DNA from: Patescibacteria group bacterium
GTDB lineage: Bacteria; Patescibacteriota; Gracilibacteria; UBA1369; GCA-2718715
NCBI GenBank assembly: GCA_965660075.1
Contig: CBFHYO010000065.1
Coordinates: 538-64,537 of the forward strand
Length of the DNA stretch: 64,000 nucleotides
Direction of reading: 5' to 3'
Made by a program: the position numbers and the translations under genes. How positions within the stretch are numbered: the stretch's first letter is position 1; each line of letters opens with the position of its first letter. Of the stretch, positions 1 to 8,475 are shown one piece after another. The notes beneath the pieces were generated by a model that worked only from the letters and a program-made list of their open reading frames with translations, made no database searches and was not told where the DNA came from.

Positions 1-299
1 TTATGTATCTGGGATTTTTTCCAGCAAAAAAAGGCCGACAAACCCTCGCTAAAAAAATGGCAGAATCCGAATATACCTGTGTGTTTTTGGAGTCTGTACA
101 TAGGATAGGAAAAACTTTGCAATTGGTTTCTGAGCATTTTGACGACGAACGTTTAATTTGTGTTGCGCGTGAAATTACAAAAATTCACGAGGAATTCAAA
201 ATTTTTCAAGTAAAAGATTTAGAAAATGAATTAAAATCACTAACACTTAAGGGCGAATTTGTTATAATGGTAGCACCTAGTGGTTTTAATTTTATTTAA
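1..299 (+). CDS. rsmI: 16S rRNA 2'-O-methyltransferase RsmI, C-terminal fragment (5' end lies outside the window)
   Basis: The ORF is open to the window edge. GFFPAKKGRQ...VFLESVHRIGKTL...VAREITKIHEEF...KGEFVIMV parallels the C-terminal half of E. coli RsmI as recalled (GFLPAK...FYESTHRL...LARELTK...KGEMVLIV). Confidence 0.8.
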   Translation, partial: MYLGFFPAKKGRQTLAKKMAESEYTCVFLESVHRIGKTLQLVSEHFDDERLICVAREITKIHEEFKIFQVKDLENELKSLTLKGEFVIMVAPSGFNFI

Positions 300-856
300 T
301 GAGAAGTGGTTTTACCCTTTTAGAACTTGTAATTGTGATAGCCTTAATTGGCACTCTAACAACAACTATGTTTGGGTCTTTTACTACGAGTTTTAATAAT
401 ATTGGTTCTAGTTCCGATATGAGCCGTATGGCAACAGCTATTGATCAGATGAAGTCACTGGCTTACTCGGCTTTTAGTATTGATGATCCGGGAGTTTCAC
501 ATAATTTCAACTTGTATATCGACGATACCAAACTTGAAATGTATGAAAATCTTGATGGTAACTATTTATTTGATTCAGAAAATGATCGGATGCTTTTTAA
601 TTTAGATTTTACAGACCCAGCTAATAGCTTAAAGACAGATACAGCAACTAAAGAAGATCAAGAGCAACAAGTTTACAATATTGATAACCCAATTGTCTTT
701 GGTTACAAAGAAGGTGCACTTGACTGCGACTCTAACCTTGCGGAGGCATTGAGTATTGAATTGGAAAATGTGAAAAATGAACTTGTGGTTGGATATTTAT
801 ACATCAATCCTGATTCGTGCCATTTAGAAATAACAACAAATAATTTACATGATTAA
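299..856 (+). CDS. Type IV pilin/pseudopilin-like protein with prepilin-type N-terminal cleavage/methylation motif
   Basis: The N-terminus MRSG|FTLLELVIVIALIG has Gly at -1, Phe at +1, Glu at +5 and a hydrophobic helix. The start overlaps the rsmI stop (TAATG). Confidence 0.75.
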   Translation: MRSGFTLLELVIVIALIGTLTTTMFGSFTTSFNNIGSSSDMSRMATAIDQMKSLAYSAFSIDDPGVSHNFNLYIDDTKLEMYENLDGNYLFDSENDRMLFNLDFTDPANSLKTDTATKEDQEQQVYNIDNPIVFGYKEGALDCDSNLAEALSIELENVKNELVVGYLYINPDSCHLEITTNNLHD

Positions 857-1472
857 AAAAGCATATTCTATATTGGAGGCTATTGTGGCTGTGAGTATTG
901 TGAGTATGATTATCACAATTTCTGTGAGTGTTATAAACTCTTCACTTCAGAGTTTAGACGAAAATGGCTCGAATTTAATGGCAACAAGTTTGGCACAAGA
1001 AGGTTTGGATTATTTTGAACAAGTTGTACAAACAAACAAACTCAAATTTAACAATAACCCTGCTTGTAAATTTAACAGTTTAGAGGCTATTGAGTGTAAC
1101 TCGCCTATTGCAGATGATGAATATGATTTGTCATGGAGCTTTGAGCCGCTTAAAAGAACTCTGATTGAAAGCTCAGATAGTATTAATAACGATAAAACTG
1201 AAGGAATTAATTTTGATGATAATCAACTTAAAGTTTACCAAACTTGCTTTAATGTACTTGCTTTAGCTGGTGATAATCCAGTCGATGAAGCTGAGCCAAA
1301 TTGTTTTGAATTTTACTCCCCCTTTGCTCAAATTGAAGGGGCTGAGCAGCAGTCTCAAACTAAGTTTGTACGTGTAATCAAAAAAACAAACGATAATATA
1401 AGCTCTAAAGTATATTTTTATGTAGTTGGTAAAACTGAACTACAATCTATTGAATTAACTAAAGTATTTTAA
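849..1472 (+). CDS. Pseudopilin-like protein (minor pilin candidate)
   Basis: The N-terminus MIKKA|YSILEAIVAVSIVSM has the same Glu+5 and hydrophobic helix layout, but Ala replaces Gly at -1. It overlaps the upstream pilin gene by 8 nt (ATGATTAA). Confidence 0.6.
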   Translation: MIKKAYSILEAIVAVSIVSMIITISVSVINSSLQSLDENGSNLMATSLAQEGLDYFEQVVQTNKLKFNNNPACKFNSLEAIECNSPIADDEYDLSWSFEPLKRTLIESSDSINNDKTEGINFDDNQLKVYQTCFNVLALAGDNPVDEAEPNCFEFYSPFAQIEGAEQQSQTKFVRVIKKTNDNISSKVYFYVVGKTELQSIELTKVF

Positions 1473-2521
1473 TGAAAAAAGGTTTCACATTAGTCGAAAT
1501 ATTGGTTGTAATGTCGATATTTTCATTGGTATCGATGGTAGCTTTGAATGCATTTTTTAGTACTTACAAAGTACAAATACAATCTAGCTCAACCAATGCA
1601 TTAATTTCTGAATCTAGGGTTTTAATGGATAAGGTAGTACGTATTGTTGAAAAGAATAAACTTGACTATGAGGAATACTTTTACCAATGCAATGTTCAAA
1701 AAAAATGTCCATTGATTAACTATGAAAATAAAGTTGTGGCAGGGTCTGAATTTGGTCGTGAAGATGGACTTTATACTTGGCAATTTTACGATCCTGGATT
1801 TAGGGATGCAGCATTAAGAACTCGTGATAGCTATGGATTAGTTTGTCAAAATGCAGGCGGTGCTATTTTAGATTACCCGAGTGATGCTTGTGCTAGTGGA
1901 CCTTTGAGATTTTCTGAGGATATTCATATTGGTAGTTTTTATCAGGACAACGGAATCAATAATGCTTTTAGTATCCAAAGTAACTACAATCAAAATAATG
2001 TAAATGGTCCTGCTACCCCTGCTGCTGGTAAACTATATGTATTACCTGATACTGATTCTGTAATTGTTTCGGAGCTATACTTAAAAAGTATGGATGAAAA
2101 TAAAAAAACAATTATTGGTCGTGAATTAAATGGTGATAACAATATGCTTTCAGTACTCGAACTAATTTCGGGCGACAACGAACTGGATGGTGCAAACAAA
2201 AAAAACTCTAAAAAATTTACATGCGCCCCAAACTACGACTGTGGAGTTGGAAATGTGGGTCTTAGAAATGATTTCTACGATAACGAAAATCTTTTTGAGC
2301 AAGCTAAACCAATCTCCCCTTTTAGATTAAATGTAGAAAGTTTGTGGTTTCAACTCAGCCCTCTTAATGATCGAGAGCAGAATTTTGCTGCAAATATAAA
2401 AACTCCTCAAACTGTCACAATTAGCATGGTTCTCACAGCTAGCAATCAAAACAACCTAAACTTGTTTAACAACTCGCCTTTTAGGTATGTACTTACAAAA
2501 ACTGTAGTGTTGAGTGACTAA
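1472..2521 (+). CDS. Large type IV pilin/pseudopilin-like protein
   Basis: The N-terminus MKKG|FTLVEILVVMSIFSLV is a prepilin motif. A TAATG overlap couples it to the upstream gene. Confidence 0.75.
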   Translation: MKKGFTLVEILVVMSIFSLVSMVALNAFFSTYKVQIQSSSTNALISESRVLMDKVVRIVEKNKLDYEEYFYQCNVQKKCPLINYENKVVAGSEFGREDGLYTWQFYDPGFRDAALRTRDSYGLVCQNAGGAILDYPSDACASGPLRFSEDIHIGSFYQDNGINNAFSIQSNYNQNNVNGPATPAAGKLYVLPDTDSVIVSELYLKSMDENKKTIIGRELNGDNNMLSVLELISGDNELDGANKKNSKKFTCAPNYDCGVGNVGLRNDFYDNENLFEQAKPISPFRLNVESLWFQLSPLNDREQNFAANIKTPQTVTISMVLTASNQNNLNLFNNSPFRYVLTKTVVLSD

Positions 2522-2524
2522 TAA

Positions 2525-2674
2525 CTAAGGTAAAACACTTTGTGCATGAATAGAGCTGGCCTTTGAATAAGTCAGACCATCTTTAGCATAGGAAATAACT
2601 ATTAAGGATCCAACAAGAAAAACCATCGAAGATAAAAATAAAACCAATTTGTAGTGCTTGTGAGTGATATTCAT
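2525..2674 (-). CDS. Possible 49-aa single-pass membrane protein (below the ORF-track size cutoff)
   Basis: Hand translation gives ATG at 2674 and TAG at 2525-2527. The peptide MNITHKHYKLVLFLSSMVFLVGSLIVISYAKDG... has one hydrophobic helix and lies on the same strand as the next small gene. Confidence 0.25.
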   Translation of the reverse strand: MNITHKHYKLVLFLSSMVFLVGSLIVISYAKDGLTYSKASSIHAQSVLP

Positions 2675-2744
2675 TTAATAATTATTTAAATTATTAAATT
2701 ATACACCTTTTTGCAATTTTGGTCAAATACTTTAAAGAGATTTA

Positions 2745-2981
2745 TTATTCTGCGTCACACTGGTTGTCTTCCGCATCTTTGTAGACAGGAATTGTTTGCC
2801 CATTAACTTCTGCTGTAGCCAAGTACACTTTCCTACCAGATCCTAAGTCGATACATTCTATGTCTTCACCAGAGGAAATTATTAGAGAACCCTTAAAAAG
2901 ATCTGAGTTTGAAAGAAATGGAAGGGCAAAAGCCGAAACTGCCAAAACGGCAATAATTATGAGAACTTGTTTTTTTGGCAT
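2745..2981 (-). CDS. Small secreted or membrane-anchored protein, unknown function
   Basis: This 78-aa ORF begins with a signal-like N-terminus, MPKKQVLIIIAVLAVSAFALPF, and contains two cysteines. I recognise no family. Confidence 0.5.
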   Translation of the reverse strand: MPKKQVLIIIAVLAVSAFALPFLSNSDLFKGSLIISSGEDIECIDLGSGRKVYLATAEVNGQTIPVYKDAEDNQCDAE

Positions 2982-3798
2982 GTTTTTGGGATTAGGACTA
3001 AGTTTATTGTAAAGCGAAAAAAAGTTTGAGAAAAGTAATGTTTATATTCTTTGCAATGTTTGTGGTGATTGCGCAAGTCTTTTTGTTAAATTACTGTTGT
3101 TTTGTAGACATACAAAAAAAAGAAATACAAAAAAAAGGTAATTTTTCTTAAATGTTCCGTGCGATTGGTATTAATAATCGAGGAAATCTAGCTTAAGAAA
3201 GACTACCTTTGTGTGCTAAACCAAACACTAATCTCTTGCCTTATTTCGGTTAGTTTTAAGTCTTACCTAGAGAAGAATCTCATGCACGGACCGCTTGTTT
3301 TGGTGTGAGTTATCTGATAGGATAGAAATGTTGAATCGCTATGCAGTAAATCACCAAGCTTGGGGTTTCTGCGGATTGAGTTGGTTTAATTCTCAATCCC
3401 ATCATAAAGCAAAAGAGGAAAACTAAGTTTGGATATTTTGGTGCCAAGCTTAGTCTCGGCTTTTTTGCTCTATTGTAATAATAGAAGGGGGCTCACTTTA
3501 ATCTCCTTTGTTTAATTTTGTTGGGCGGAGAGAGCCTTGGATTCAAGGTTCCGCGTGTAATTCATTGGAGATTGATTTGCTGTATGTCAATGTACTTATA
3601 GTATCTTGTTGAAAACCTTTTTCTTTTTTAGTTTTCATATCACTATACACCCACTATTTTTTTTGTGCAAACACTATGACTTGCGTCAAATAATAATTTG
3701 AATTCTAATTCGATCGAGAGAAGATTTTCAAATCACAAAAAAGTCTTGGAAAACTGCTTATAATAAAGTAAAATCGTCTTAATTGATAATCAAATAAA

Positions 3799-5169
3799 AT
3801 GTCTAAAGTTTTAGATTTAAAATACAAAGTAATGACCTATGGTTGCCAAATGAACCATAGTGACTCTGAAAGACTATCAAAAGTTTTAGAAAATTATGGC
3901 TATAGCGAGTGCGAAGATATGCTAGATGCAGACCTAGTTTTGTTTAACACTTGCTCAATCAAACAAAAGGCCGAAGATAAAGTTCTTGGACAAATGACCA
4001 AAATTGCAGAAATGAAAAAGGACAGACCAAATTTACTACTTGGGATTACTGGTTGTATGACCAGAATTACATCTACGAGAGTATCTGATAAAAAAGATAA
4101 ATTATTTCGACAGGTTAAAAATCTAGATCTGTGTTTTCAGATTCAAGACATGACAAAACTGGGTGGTATGCTTTCTGAACTCAACCCAGAGTTTAACAAA
4201 CTCGAAATGCAAGAGGCAGAACTAGGTAACTATTTCGAAATTCAACCTAAATACAAAACCGCCTTTCAGGCTTATATTCCGATTATGACTGGGTGCGATA
4301 AGTTCTGTACTTACTGTATTGTTCCCTACTCTCGTGGGCGGGAAGTTTCGCGACCTATCGAAGAAATTTACAAAGAAGCTGTAAAACTTGTAGAGAATGG
4401 ATGTATAGAAATCACTTTACTTGGTCAAAATGTAAACAGTTATGGTCTTAGCTGGGAAGATAAAAAGGTTGATGGTAAATTTAATTACGAGACTCCGCCT
4501 TTTGTTCAACTGATGCGTAAACTCGATACAATTGAGGGACTTGAGCGTGTACGATGGACTTCTCCGCACCCTCAAGATATGACAAACGAGGTTATCGATG
4601 CCGTTTATGAACTTCGGACTCAAATGCCATATATCCATATGCCCTTGCAAGCTGGTAACGATAGGGTTTTAAAAAAGATGAATAGAAACTACGACAAACA
4701 AAAATTCAGAGAAATTGTTGAATATATAAGAAAGAAAATGCCAGATTGTTCGATTTCGACCGATATGATTGTAGGATTTTGTGGCGAAACCCCAGAAGAA
4801 TTTGCTGAAACTTGCGAGTTTTTCGAAGAAATGGGCTTTGATCTAGCTTTTATTTCTCAGTACTCAACTCGTGAAGGTACAACAGCAGCGATGCTTAAGA
4901 AAGACGATGTGAGTCGAGAAGAAAAGAAAAGAAGATTTCATGCACTCAATGAAGTGCTTAAACGTACTAGCTTTGCTCGTAACAAGTTTTTTGAAGGCAA
5001 GACAGTACAAGTGTTAGTCGAAAAAGTCTTGGACTCAGGTGAGCTTTCTGGAAGAAGTGAACACTACAAAGAAGTAGTTTTTGAAGGGTCTCATGACTTG
5101 ATTGGTAAAATCATACCAGTGAGAATAGATAGTTCGCTTGAATGGAGGCTTGAAGGAACTATGGTTTAG
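3799..5169 (+). CDS. miaB: tRNA-i6A37 methylthiotransferase MiaB (radical SAM)
   Basis: It has an N-terminal UPF0004 region (YGCQMNHSDSE) and the radical-SAM motif GCDKFCTYCIVPYSRGRE. The length and a C-terminal TRAM-like part fit MiaB. Confidence 0.9.
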   Translation: MSKVLDLKYKVMTYGCQMNHSDSERLSKVLENYGYSECEDMLDADLVLFNTCSIKQKAEDKVLGQMTKIAEMKKDRPNLLLGITGCMTRITSTRVSDKKDKLFRQVKNLDLCFQIQDMTKLGGMLSELNPEFNKLEMQEAELGNYFEIQPKYKTAFQAYIPIMTGCDKFCTYCIVPYSRGREVSRPIEEIYKEAVKLVENGCIEITLLGQNVNSYGLSWEDKKVDGKFNYETPPFVQLMRKLDTIEGLERVRWTSPHPQDMTNEVIDAVYELRTQMPYIHMPLQAGNDRVLKKMNRNYDKQKFREIVEYIRKKMPDCSISTDMIVGFCGETPEEFAETCEFFEEMGFDLAFISQYSTREGTTAAMLKKDDVSREEKKRRFHALNEVLKRTSFARNKFFEGKTVQVLVEKVLDSGELSGRSEHYKEVVFEGSHDLIGKIIPVRIDSSLEWRLEGTMV

Positions 5170-5172
5170 TTC

Positions 5173-7002
5173 TTATTGTTGTGGACTTATTAAAAATTCC
5201 GCTTTGTAATCGCTCGTAAAACTCTGAGTGTTTATAAGGCGGTTATTTTTTAATTTATAATTCTTTGGTGAAAAGGCGTGCAGATTTGTATTTTCCAGAT
5301 CAACAATGTGTGTGATTTGAGTGTTGTTCAAGCCTGATTGAAATAAATTCTCAAACTTAAAACTAGTTGCGCTATTTAATTTGTAACTAATGGGCGTTTG
5401 ATACGTAAAACTAAATCTAGTGATCTTATCTGGAGTTATTCCAAATCCGGCAACTTGATTGGGCCTGGAATTATATGGATCAGCAACTTCGAAGAACTTT
5501 AAGTCTGAATCAATTAACTTGGAGTCTCCTGGCAAATACGATCTAATAAAAGCTTGATAATCTCCCCTACCCAGGATGTATCTAATATCTCCGCGCATAG
5601 GATTTAAATCGTAAGATTTTAGTAATGAATTTAGTAGCCATTCAGTTTGATCTGTATATGTATGCTCTAAATTAATTGTAACTTCTGTTGTAACATGCGT
5701 GTCATTGAAAGTGTGTAAAAAAGTCATGTGACGATCAATAAAACGATCCCCCTTGGTTCCAGAAACAGAGTTGAAAGTATGCATTTGCGCAAAGGGTTCT
5801 AAGTTGGATAAATCTTGCCGAAAATCAAGATCAGAAAGTGCTTTATCTAAGGTGGTGTTTTTTGAATAAACTTGAATATTTCTAGATTCGATTTGAGAAA
5901 TAAGAAATTTTACTAATTTTTCTGGATTGGCAGATTGTAATATTTTATTGGGTAGTGATGTGAGCATTTCTGAAATTTTGTTTTTTGAAGAACTATCACC
6001 ATGAGCTTTTGATTCAACCAAAAAAGAAAGAATAAAATCCAAATCCTTGGAAAATTTATAAGTATTGTTATTAATTTTTACTTCATCTATAAATGGTCCA
6101 AGCTGGCTAAAAACATTATGATTAATAGAAACTATTGTCTCGAATGACGGGGCTTTGTTTTGCTGAAGGAACTTTTCAATTTGTGTTGCTACCGCTGGAA
6201 AATCAGGTGAAAAATTAAAATCACGAATAAAAAGTTTTTGATTATCATCCTGAAATTCTATAGGTACATTTGATAAGCCTTCAAATGAGCCATCGAAATC
6301 ATAAATATCTCGAAACTCTAAAGATTTGATCTGTGCATTATCAACTTCTAAAAAACCTAGTAGTCCAATGAAACCGCCCGTTGCACGAATTTCATTATTG
6401 TTTTGAATTAAAAGCAGGATTGTATGAGGTTTTGATAATCCAAGTGAATTATTTAATATTGAAACAAAATTGTTTGCCCGAGACACTGTATTAAAAATAT
6501 CTTGGTTGTGAGTTTTCAAAAAACGAAAAGCTAGATTTAAACTAGAAAAAGGCTGTAAAGTTGGTAGCTTTTTGATATTTGTTTGGTTACTTGCAAGAAT
6601 ATACTCGGTTTTATTTAACAAGTCCCCTAACTCTAATAAGAGATTTTGGATTTCTGCAAAATCATTTGAATTCAAGATGTCTTGAAAATTCTGTGTATCC
6701 AACGCGGGCTTTAATTTCAAGGCGTGTGAATAAGTATCTAAGAGACTTGGAAGAATTTCGATAAGCTGGTCTAAGGGTTTATACATAGATAAAACAGCAG
6801 TTAGACTATCGATATTATTTTCAAGTAACTCATGAGCTGTTTGCACATTTTTAGAGTCTGTAAAAAAATCATGATTTCTTTGTTCATAATTGTGAATTAC
6901 AGAATCTACAAAATCTAAATCAACGTTGTTAATTCGACTACCAATCAATACCGAAATAGCAATAGGTATCCCAACAATAAACCCAAAAAAAACTTTTTGC
7001 AT
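5173..7002 (-). CDS. DUF4012-like membrane-anchored protein
   Basis: It has an N-terminal TM helix. The segment LLLIQNNNEIRATGGFIGLLGF resembles the NxxExRxTGGFIG core I associate with DUF4012. The family call is from memory only. Confidence 0.6.
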   Translation of the reverse strand: MQKVFFGFIVGIPIAISVLIGSRINNVDLDFVDSVIHNYEQRNHDFFTDSKNVQTAHELLENNIDSLTAVLSMYKPLDQLIEILPSLLDTYSHALKLKPALDTQNFQDILNSNDFAEIQNLLLELGDLLNKTEYILASNQTNIKKLPTLQPFSSLNLAFRFLKTHNQDIFNTVSRANNFVSILNNSLGLSKPHTILLLIQNNNEIRATGGFIGLLGFLEVDNAQIKSLEFRDIYDFDGSFEGLSNVPIEFQDDNQKLFIRDFNFSPDFPAVATQIEKFLQQNKAPSFETIVSINHNVFSQLGPFIDEVKINNNTYKFSKDLDFILSFLVESKAHGDSSSKNKISEMLTSLPNKILQSANPEKLVKFLISQIESRNIQVYSKNTTLDKALSDLDFRQDLSNLEPFAQMHTFNSVSGTKGDRFIDRHMTFLHTFNDTHVTTEVTINLEHTYTDQTEWLLNSLLKSYDLNPMRGDIRYILGRGDYQAFIRSYLPGDSKLIDSDLKFFEVADPYNSRPNQVAGFGITPDKITRFSFTYQTPISYKLNSATSFKFENLFQSGLNNTQITHIVDLENTNLHAFSPKNYKLKNNRLINTQSFTSDYKAEFLISPQQ

Positions 7003-8363
7003 TATTCAATAACTATTAAAGTATGGGTGCCGAAATTGTAATCTCTTTGGAAGATTTCTACTGCATAAGATGGTAACTTTGGACCAAACAAAGAACTTAA
7101 AAAATCCAGTCTAAATTTTGAATAATCAATAACCTTTTCGAATGCAGAAACTGTACTTGGAATAAAATTCAACTCAGGTTTTATATAGTGTGTGTTAAAA
7201 TTAAACATGTTAAATTGCCAAGTTTTTGGAGATATATTTACAACTTGTAAGCGTTTATTGAGTGATATCAAATCGATAGTGTTATTTTCTATAACAGAGT
7301 CGGAATTAGTAATTGAAACATTTAGAGAAGCTTTTTGATTTGTTTTAAGTACTCTGCTTGTGCTTGTTGGGTTGAAATATCGAGATAAAAAGTTGAGTGT
7401 TTCTTTTAAGTCTTTGTCACTTAGATCTTCTTTTGAATTAAGGACTAATTGCCATTGATTGTTGTTATCTAAAGAAGTTGTAATACTTGAATTAAGTAAT
7501 TTTTGATAAAGGTTTTGTGAAACTCCAAAATTTTGCAAAATATGTTCTAAAGATTTGTTCAGGATTTTTGGCATTCTAGATTCTAAACTACTAAGACTCA
7601 AATGAAATTTTGTTTGGGATGGAGATTGGTTTAGATCTTCTAACAATAAATGGTTTTGAGTTGAACTGTTTGATTCTAAATAATTAGAAATATATAACTT
7701 ATTTGAGTCGCTTTCGATATTGAAAAATATATTATCGTATTTTTTTAAAAGAGACTCCAATGCTTTTTGAGAGGGTGTGAGTAATTTGTTTTTAAAGATA
7801 GTTTCTTGAAAATTCTTTGGACTCAATGCTACATATCCAAAAGAATTACCGGGGTGGTTTTTTATTTGAGTCAAAATAGAGTTTTGATCAAATGGACTAG
7901 TTAAACTTTCGTTAAACTTTGATGTAGAAATTAATTTTTGATTATTTGGAAGTGCGTACTGATTGAACTTATTTGAGTCATCAAGATTGGAATTGTCACT
8001 AATAACAACTCCTGAGTTTACCTGTCCATCATTGTTTAGAAAAACCAAAGATATAGGTTGTTTCGTATGAATAAATTCGTCTATGAGGGATTGATCAAAA
8101 TTCAAATCACGAAAGACTCCAAACAACTTAGTGTTTTGAACGGGTTGATAAGAATGTGTATTGAGTTTGACTGCAAAAACAGTTTGACTAGGCAAGAAAT
8201 CAAACCATTGATTATTTTTAGCTTGGTAGTACCTCAGAGTGTTAAAGCTCATAAAAACAAGGCAAATCAAGGACAACAAAACTGCTAGCGAAACTACGGG
8301 GAATGTGAAAATATTTTTTATTTTTTTAATGACAATCAAAATCTTTGAATTAGATACATTCAT
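7002..8363 (-). CDS. Membrane-anchored hypothetical protein, co-transcribed with the DUF4012 gene
   Basis: The long ORF has its stop abutting the DUF4012 start codon (both at 7002). The track start at 8390 is TTG, so the first ATG (8363, MNVSNSKILIV...) is more likely. One TM helix is present (VVSLAVLLSLICLVFMSF). The protein is Asn/Ser-rich and I recognise no family. Confidence 0.55.
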   Translation of the reverse strand: MNVSNSKILIVIKKIKNIFTFPVVSLAVLLSLICLVFMSFNTLRYYQAKNNQWFDFLPSQTVFAVKLNTHSYQPVQNTKLFGVFRDLNFDQSLIDEFIHTKQPISLVFLNNDGQVNSGVVISDNSNLDDSNKFNQYALPNNQKLISTSKFNESLTSPFDQNSILTQIKNHPGNSFGYVALSPKNFQETIFKNKLLTPSQKALESLLKKYDNIFFNIESDSNKLYISNYLESNSSTQNHLLLEDLNQSPSQTKFHLSLSSLESRMPKILNKSLEHILQNFGVSQNLYQKLLNSSITTSLDNNNQWQLVLNSKEDLSDKDLKETLNFLSRYFNPTSTSRVLKTNQKASLNVSITNSDSVIENNTIDLISLNKRLQVVNISPKTWQFNMFNFNTHYIKPELNFIPSTVSAFEKVIDYSKFRLDFLSSLFGPKLPSYAVEIFQRDYNFGTHTLIVIE

Positions 8364-8475
8364 TCTATGAAAAATATGAAAGTTTTCCAAGTGTTACCAA
8401 GAAAATTTTAACAAATTTTTATTGCAAAAAAGCCATTAAAAGGCTAAATTATGAGTGATTTAAGTTAATAAAATT

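Noticed and set aside
2982-3798. I tried to assign RNase P RNA, tmRNA or SRP RNA from local resemblances. These were GAGGAAA at 3415-3421 (like RNase P CR-I), GGGGGCTC at 3487-3494 (like the 4.5S RNA 5' end) and GGGGTTTCTGCGGATTGAG at 3362-3380 (like a tmRNA 5' end).
   Set aside because: None has the required partners. There is no downstream ACAGAA..GGCTTA-type P4 strand. There is no T-arm with a complementary acceptor 3' strand. The 3500-3573 hairpin has a GATT loop and lacks the SRP GNRA/AGCA symmetric-loop signature. It is kept only as an unassigned structured region.
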